Part shown: piece by piece, positions 16,183 through 19,495 of the stretch | Layout: each line of letters opens with the position of its first letter | Position numbering within the stretch: the first letter of the stretch is position 1 | Origin: a bacterium | GTDB taxonomy: Bacteria > Electryoneota > Electryoneia > Electryoneales > Electryoneaceae | Assembly (NCBI GenBank): GCA_043801585.1 | Contig: JAZDLX010000039.1 | Coordinates: forward strand, 1 to 19,495 | DNA length: 19,495 nucleotides | Direction: 5' to 3' | Translations under genes and position numbers: made by a program | Notes under the pieces: generated by a model | The model's input: only the letters and a program-made list of their open reading frames with translations | What the model was told of the DNA's origin: nothing | Database searches by the model: none

Positions 16183-17367
16183 CTATTCAATCGTTACCGA
16201 CATGAGCGATGCTGATTGAGGGGTGAGAATCTGCATCAAATCCTGCATCTGATACCCACTGACACCATCGATTGAAATGCCTGCCAGGGTGAATCCTTCG
16301 AGTTCCTCGTTCAACTGCGCAATCAGCTCCGGCGGCAGGATCGATTGAAGCTGTGCCAGAACGGGATTCAATTCGTTGCCCGTCCCCTGTCCGCCGCCAG
16401 TCGATGTCGAACTGCTGTTGAAGGTGAAACTGTAGATGTTCGATTCCAATGAAGCGAATCGACCCGGGACTGCCGTCCCGGCGTTCACCTTGACCTGCCA
16501 GAAGTAGATTTTGCCGTTCTCGAACGCCTGTTCGCCCCCCGCAATTCCGGTATAGGTGTGACCGTTGGTGAATTGGGGAGGACCGCTGTAGCGCACTTTG
16601 GATGGGTTGCGGGATTCCATCACCGTTTCACCGTCATCACCGGGCGATCCTTCGATGATCGTCAACGTGATGTCGCTGGTGGTTAGCGGACCGCCGGACC
16701 AGTTCCAGGAGAAGGAAATGGGTAGGTTGGAGATTTCCACAGCATCGTCGGGTTGCTGCAGCGACGGGGCGGAGGGGTTGTACACCTGGATCGTGCGGGT
16801 CATCGAAGCAAGCAGGACGCCACGGTCCCCGGTGTCGGAATTGTAATCGAACAACTCGATCCTGACCACGCCAATCCCGGCGGCAATCCGGCTGCCGTCC
16901 AAAACGGAGAGAAAATCTCCAGTGTCGGCGTAGTAGGTCATATCATTATCCTCGTGCATCCACCCCGAGTCTTTGAGATGACCAAGCTGGCGGTTGGTGT
17001 AATACCCGTGCGACCCGACGGTCGATGTCACCCAGTCGTCAAGTTTGAATTCCCGAGACCACCAACGGATCAGGTCGATTCCTCCGAAAGAGAGATCGAC
17101 GTGCAGGATCACCAGCTTTTCGTTCTCGTCCGGGGTGGAAGGGGTGATGGAGAAATAGATGATATCAGGCAGTGAATCCCAGTTGAAGTTTTCTCCACCA
17201 TCATTGGAATTCACAAGCGCGTTGATGTCAACCAGGTCGCCGACTGGGAAAATCTGGGGGTTCGTAGCGAGAAATCCGGTGTCGACTCCAACCGCAAAGA
17301 GGGGGGCGGCACTCACAAGAAGTGCCGTCAACGCCACCAGAAATTGGCGCAATCCCAAACGGTTCAT
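16183..17367 (-). CDS. Secreted hypothetical protein with an Fn3/Ig-like domain
   Basis: AGGAGG RBS; signal peptide ending PLFA-V. APSLQQP...FSW...YFWQVKV.A...SNIYSFTF pattern typical of Fn3-like beta-sandwiches. Ser/Gly linker followed by a short C-terminal domain; acidic overall. Confidence 0.8.
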   Translation of the reverse strand: MNRLGLRQFLVALTALLVSAAPLFAVGVDTGFLATNPQIFPVGDLVDINALVNSNDGGENFNWDSLPDIIYFSITPSTPDENEKLVILHVDLSFGGIDLIRWWSREFKLDDWVTSTVGSHGYYTNRQLGHLKDSGWMHEDNDMTYYADTGDFLSVLDGSRIAAGIGVVRIELFDYNSDTGDRGVLLASMTRTIQVYNPSAPSLQQPDDAVEISNLPISFSWNWSGGPLTTSDITLTIIEGSPGDDGETVMESRNPSKVRYSGPPQFTNGHTYTGIAGGEQAFENGKIYFWQVKVNAGTAVPGRFASLESNIYSFTFNSSSTSTGGGQGTGNELNPVLAQLQSILPPELIAQLNEELEGFTLAGISIDGVSGYQMQDLMQILTPQSASLMSVTIE

Positions 17368-17435
17368 GAATCCTCCTGTACCGCAAAACGTGGAACTCTA
17401 TGTTCCCACGGTAATGTGCTGCGCTGATCTGAAAA

Positions 17436-17457
17436 TAATGTGCTCTGGAGCACATGC
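17436..17457. promoter_or_regulatory. CRP/FNR-family-like palindromic operator upstream of the cyclase operon
   Basis: TAATGTGCTCTGGAGCACATGC contains the perfect inverted repeat ATGTGCTC/GAGCACAT with TGTGC-N6-GCACA geometry. It matches the symmetric CRP consensus AAATGTGATCTAGATCACATTT at 16 of 22 positions by hand count. Confidence 0.55.
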
Positions 17458-17843
17458 CCCATATTAATCGGGGACATTTTCAGGATTGATTTATTGTTCC
17501 ACTCTCGGAGGGAACAACCCCGTAACCTAACTCGATGAGGAATCTTCACAACCGAGCATGTTCCCCAAAGCGATAATCATCTTCAGATAAAACTTTTAAT
17601 AAAAAGTAATTAAATCCAGTACGCATCGGCCATTTGTGTGAATCAGGATCGATCAACGACAGGCTGAATTCGTCTCAAAAAGAGCGAATCGAATAAACTT
17701 CAAATATGGGGACGTATCGTGCCACCATATGCGCATGAGAGTCAAGGGATAGTTTATGAAAAACAACGTTCAGTTTGTTTCACCGGGATCTCTACAGGAA
17801 CTATTGCTTGCGGGACAGAATACTACTGTTGTAGCTTCATTTT

Positions 17844-19495
17844 ATGAGAGTTAGCGACGACATTCAAGGGCGAATTCCACACGTGCCCGACGAGAGCCGG
17901 AGAGACAGCGGAAACCGGCCCAGACGTGAGATCCGGCTTCTTTGTTTGATATCCCTAATTCTCGCTCTCGTGGTTTCCTCCGCAACTTACGCTCAACCTG
18001 GCGGTGCGGCAAGGCAACGGGTGATTCCCGCACAGGATCGCGAACAGGCGCTGAAAAACGCACGCATTCGCCAACAGGAGTCGATTGCTCGCCGTTACGA
18101 GGAACGCTCCAACTTTGAACGGGCTCTCTCGGAATGGAGTCAACTCTATTCGACAGACAGCACTCGAATCGACTATTACGACGGCGTCCGGCGCAACTTG
18201 AATGCACTGGGACGGTATGAAGAGGCGAGAGCGTTGATACTCGACCGGCTGCACCATCGCAGTGAGTGGGAAAACACCGCATCCCTCTACGCCGAGCTGG
18301 GAGAAACCTGGCTGCTGGCGGATGATTCCACGAAGGCCGCGGAGGCTTTTGAGCAGGCCATTCGAGCGGGCCAGGGACCAGCCGGATACCAGATCGTCGC
18401 ATCGATTCTCGCGGGCAACCGCCATGTCGATGGAGCTCTGGCAACACTCCGGCGTGGCCGCAGGGAATTGAACGATCCCACCCTCTACGCCTCGTCAATT
18501 GCGCCTCTGTTGAAATCCCGGATGGACTGGAATGGTGCGGCGCAGGAGTACCTGTTGACAGCGCGAACGTCAAAATCCACCGCGGAGTATTCCTTGCGGG
18601 GGCTCGCTTCGATTCCGGTCGAGGCAGAAGCGGGGGAAGCGGTCGATCGCGCTCTCCGGGATGAACTCAAACATGTTGAAGCCAGCAGTGAACCGTGGGA
18701 TGGCTACCGTCTGACCCTGCTCGAAGCTCTCGCCAACAGGTACAAGGAGGGTGGCGATTACGCGGGGGCGTTGCGTGTCATCGCTGAGATGGACAGCCTT
18801 GATCCGGTTCCAGGACCGGAACTGGTCGCGTTTGCCGGGGAGGCGATGGGGGAGGGGTTCGAGGACATTGCAGCGGACGCGCTCCGTATCGCCTCGATCC
18901 GAATGCGTGATCCGCGCGGGCAGGGGGTGGTAATCCTGGCTCGCGCATCTCTCGCGGAACGGCGCCGTGACTGGCGGGAAGCGGACTCTCTTTACACTTC
19001 GGCAATCGCTCGTCCGGCAAGTCCCGATGTCGAACAACGTGCACGGATGATGCGGGGGATGCTGCGCCTTGAACGGCTGAACGATCCGAATCGAGCGAAG
19101 GACGATTTTCGACTTCTGCTGAAACGGCCGGACCGTGGACTGTTGCTCGCTGCGCGGTACGGGCTGGCGCGTGCGCTCGCGGCTCAGGACAGCCTCGGTG
19201 CGGCGCGCACTGTGCTCGCGCGTCCAATGCCCGGCGAACCCGAAGGCTTCTCGACGCCGGTGCCGCAGGGGGATGTCCGCTCGGGCCTGCTCGCCGCACG
19301 GATCGCCCTGTGGGAACGCAAGCCCTCTTTGGCGGCAGGACTGCTCGAGTGGGTGATGATTCCGCCCACGGGGAGCGATATCGAGAATGACGCCCTCGAG
19401 TACCTGCGTGTGATCAACGGCGAGACCGACAGCCTCGTCCTCGCCGCCTTCGCCGATGCCGACCGTGCCCTGTTCCGCGGGGACACGCTCGCTGC
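17844..19495 (+). CDS. Exported tetratricopeptide-repeat protein (3' partial; absent from the ORF track)
   Basis: Manual translation from ATG 17844 is open to the window end: MRVSDD...RLLCLISLILALVVSSATYA-QPG (signal/TM), then TPR-like helices (LNALGRYEEARALI, LYAELGETWLLADDSTKAAEAFEQAI, ARYGLARAL, ENDALEYL). Start uncertain; GTG 17883 is possible. Confidence 0.88.
   Translation, partial: MRVSDDIQGRIPHVPDESRRDSGNRPRREIRLLCLISLILALVVSSATYAQPGGAARQRVIPAQDREQALKNARIRQQESIARRYEERSNFERALSEWSQLYSTDSTRIDYYDGVRRNLNALGRYEEARALILDRLHHRSEWENTASLYAELGETWLLADDSTKAAEAFEQAIRAGQGPAGYQIVASILAGNRHVDGALATLRRGRRELNDPTLYASSIAPLLKSRMDWNGAAQEYLLTARTSKSTAEYSLRGLASIPVEAEAGEAVDRALRDELKHVEASSEPWDGYRLTLLEALANRYKEGGDYAGALRVIAEMDSLDPVPGPELVAFAGEAMGEGFEDIAADALRIASIRMRDPRGQGVVILARASLAERRRDWREADSLYTSAIARPASPDVEQRARMMRGMLRLERLNDPNRAKDDFRLLLKRPDRGLLLAARYGLARALAAQDSLGAARTVLARPMPGEPEGFSTPVPQGDVRSGLLAARIALWERKPSLAAGLLEWVMIPPTGSDIENDALEYLRVINGETDSLVLAAFADADRALFRGDTLA

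Noticed and set aside
17711..17726. Sigma54 promoter (TGGCACG on the minus strand)
   Set aside because: The -24 element is present but there is no TTGC at -12 (it reads GTCCC).
17851..19486. Several minus-strand ORFs (240, 156, 155, 173, 100 aa)
   Set aside because: Antisense to the continuous plus-strand TPR frame.

Overview
Bacterial chromosomal window from a diderm, LPS-making organism. The gene style suggests an FCB-superphylum or related lineage, but this is inference only. The left half is a minus-strand housekeeping run: LpxL/HtrB-type acyltransferase, rfaE1, tRNA-Val(CAC), rfaE2, ffh, rpsP, khpA, rimM, trmD, rplS and a solitary ECF S-component. S16 and L19 have unusually long low-complexity tails, and a structured ~245-bp gap separates rimM from trmD. 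The middle holds a secreted two-lobed YD-repeat-like protein and a ~720-bp intergenic region packed with several kinds of REP-like palindromes. The right half is the most interesting part: a four-gene minus-strand operon encoding a secreted Fn3/Ig-like protein, a stand-alone periplasmic FecR-domain protein, a large Ig-domain plus outer-membrane beta-barrel protein and a CHASE2 class III adenylate cyclase. It looks like a complete trans-envelope cAMP signalling system and has a CRP-box-like palindrome upstream. A divergent exported TPR protein, missed by the ORF track, runs off the right end. No CRISPR array, integrase, transposase or rRNA was seen.
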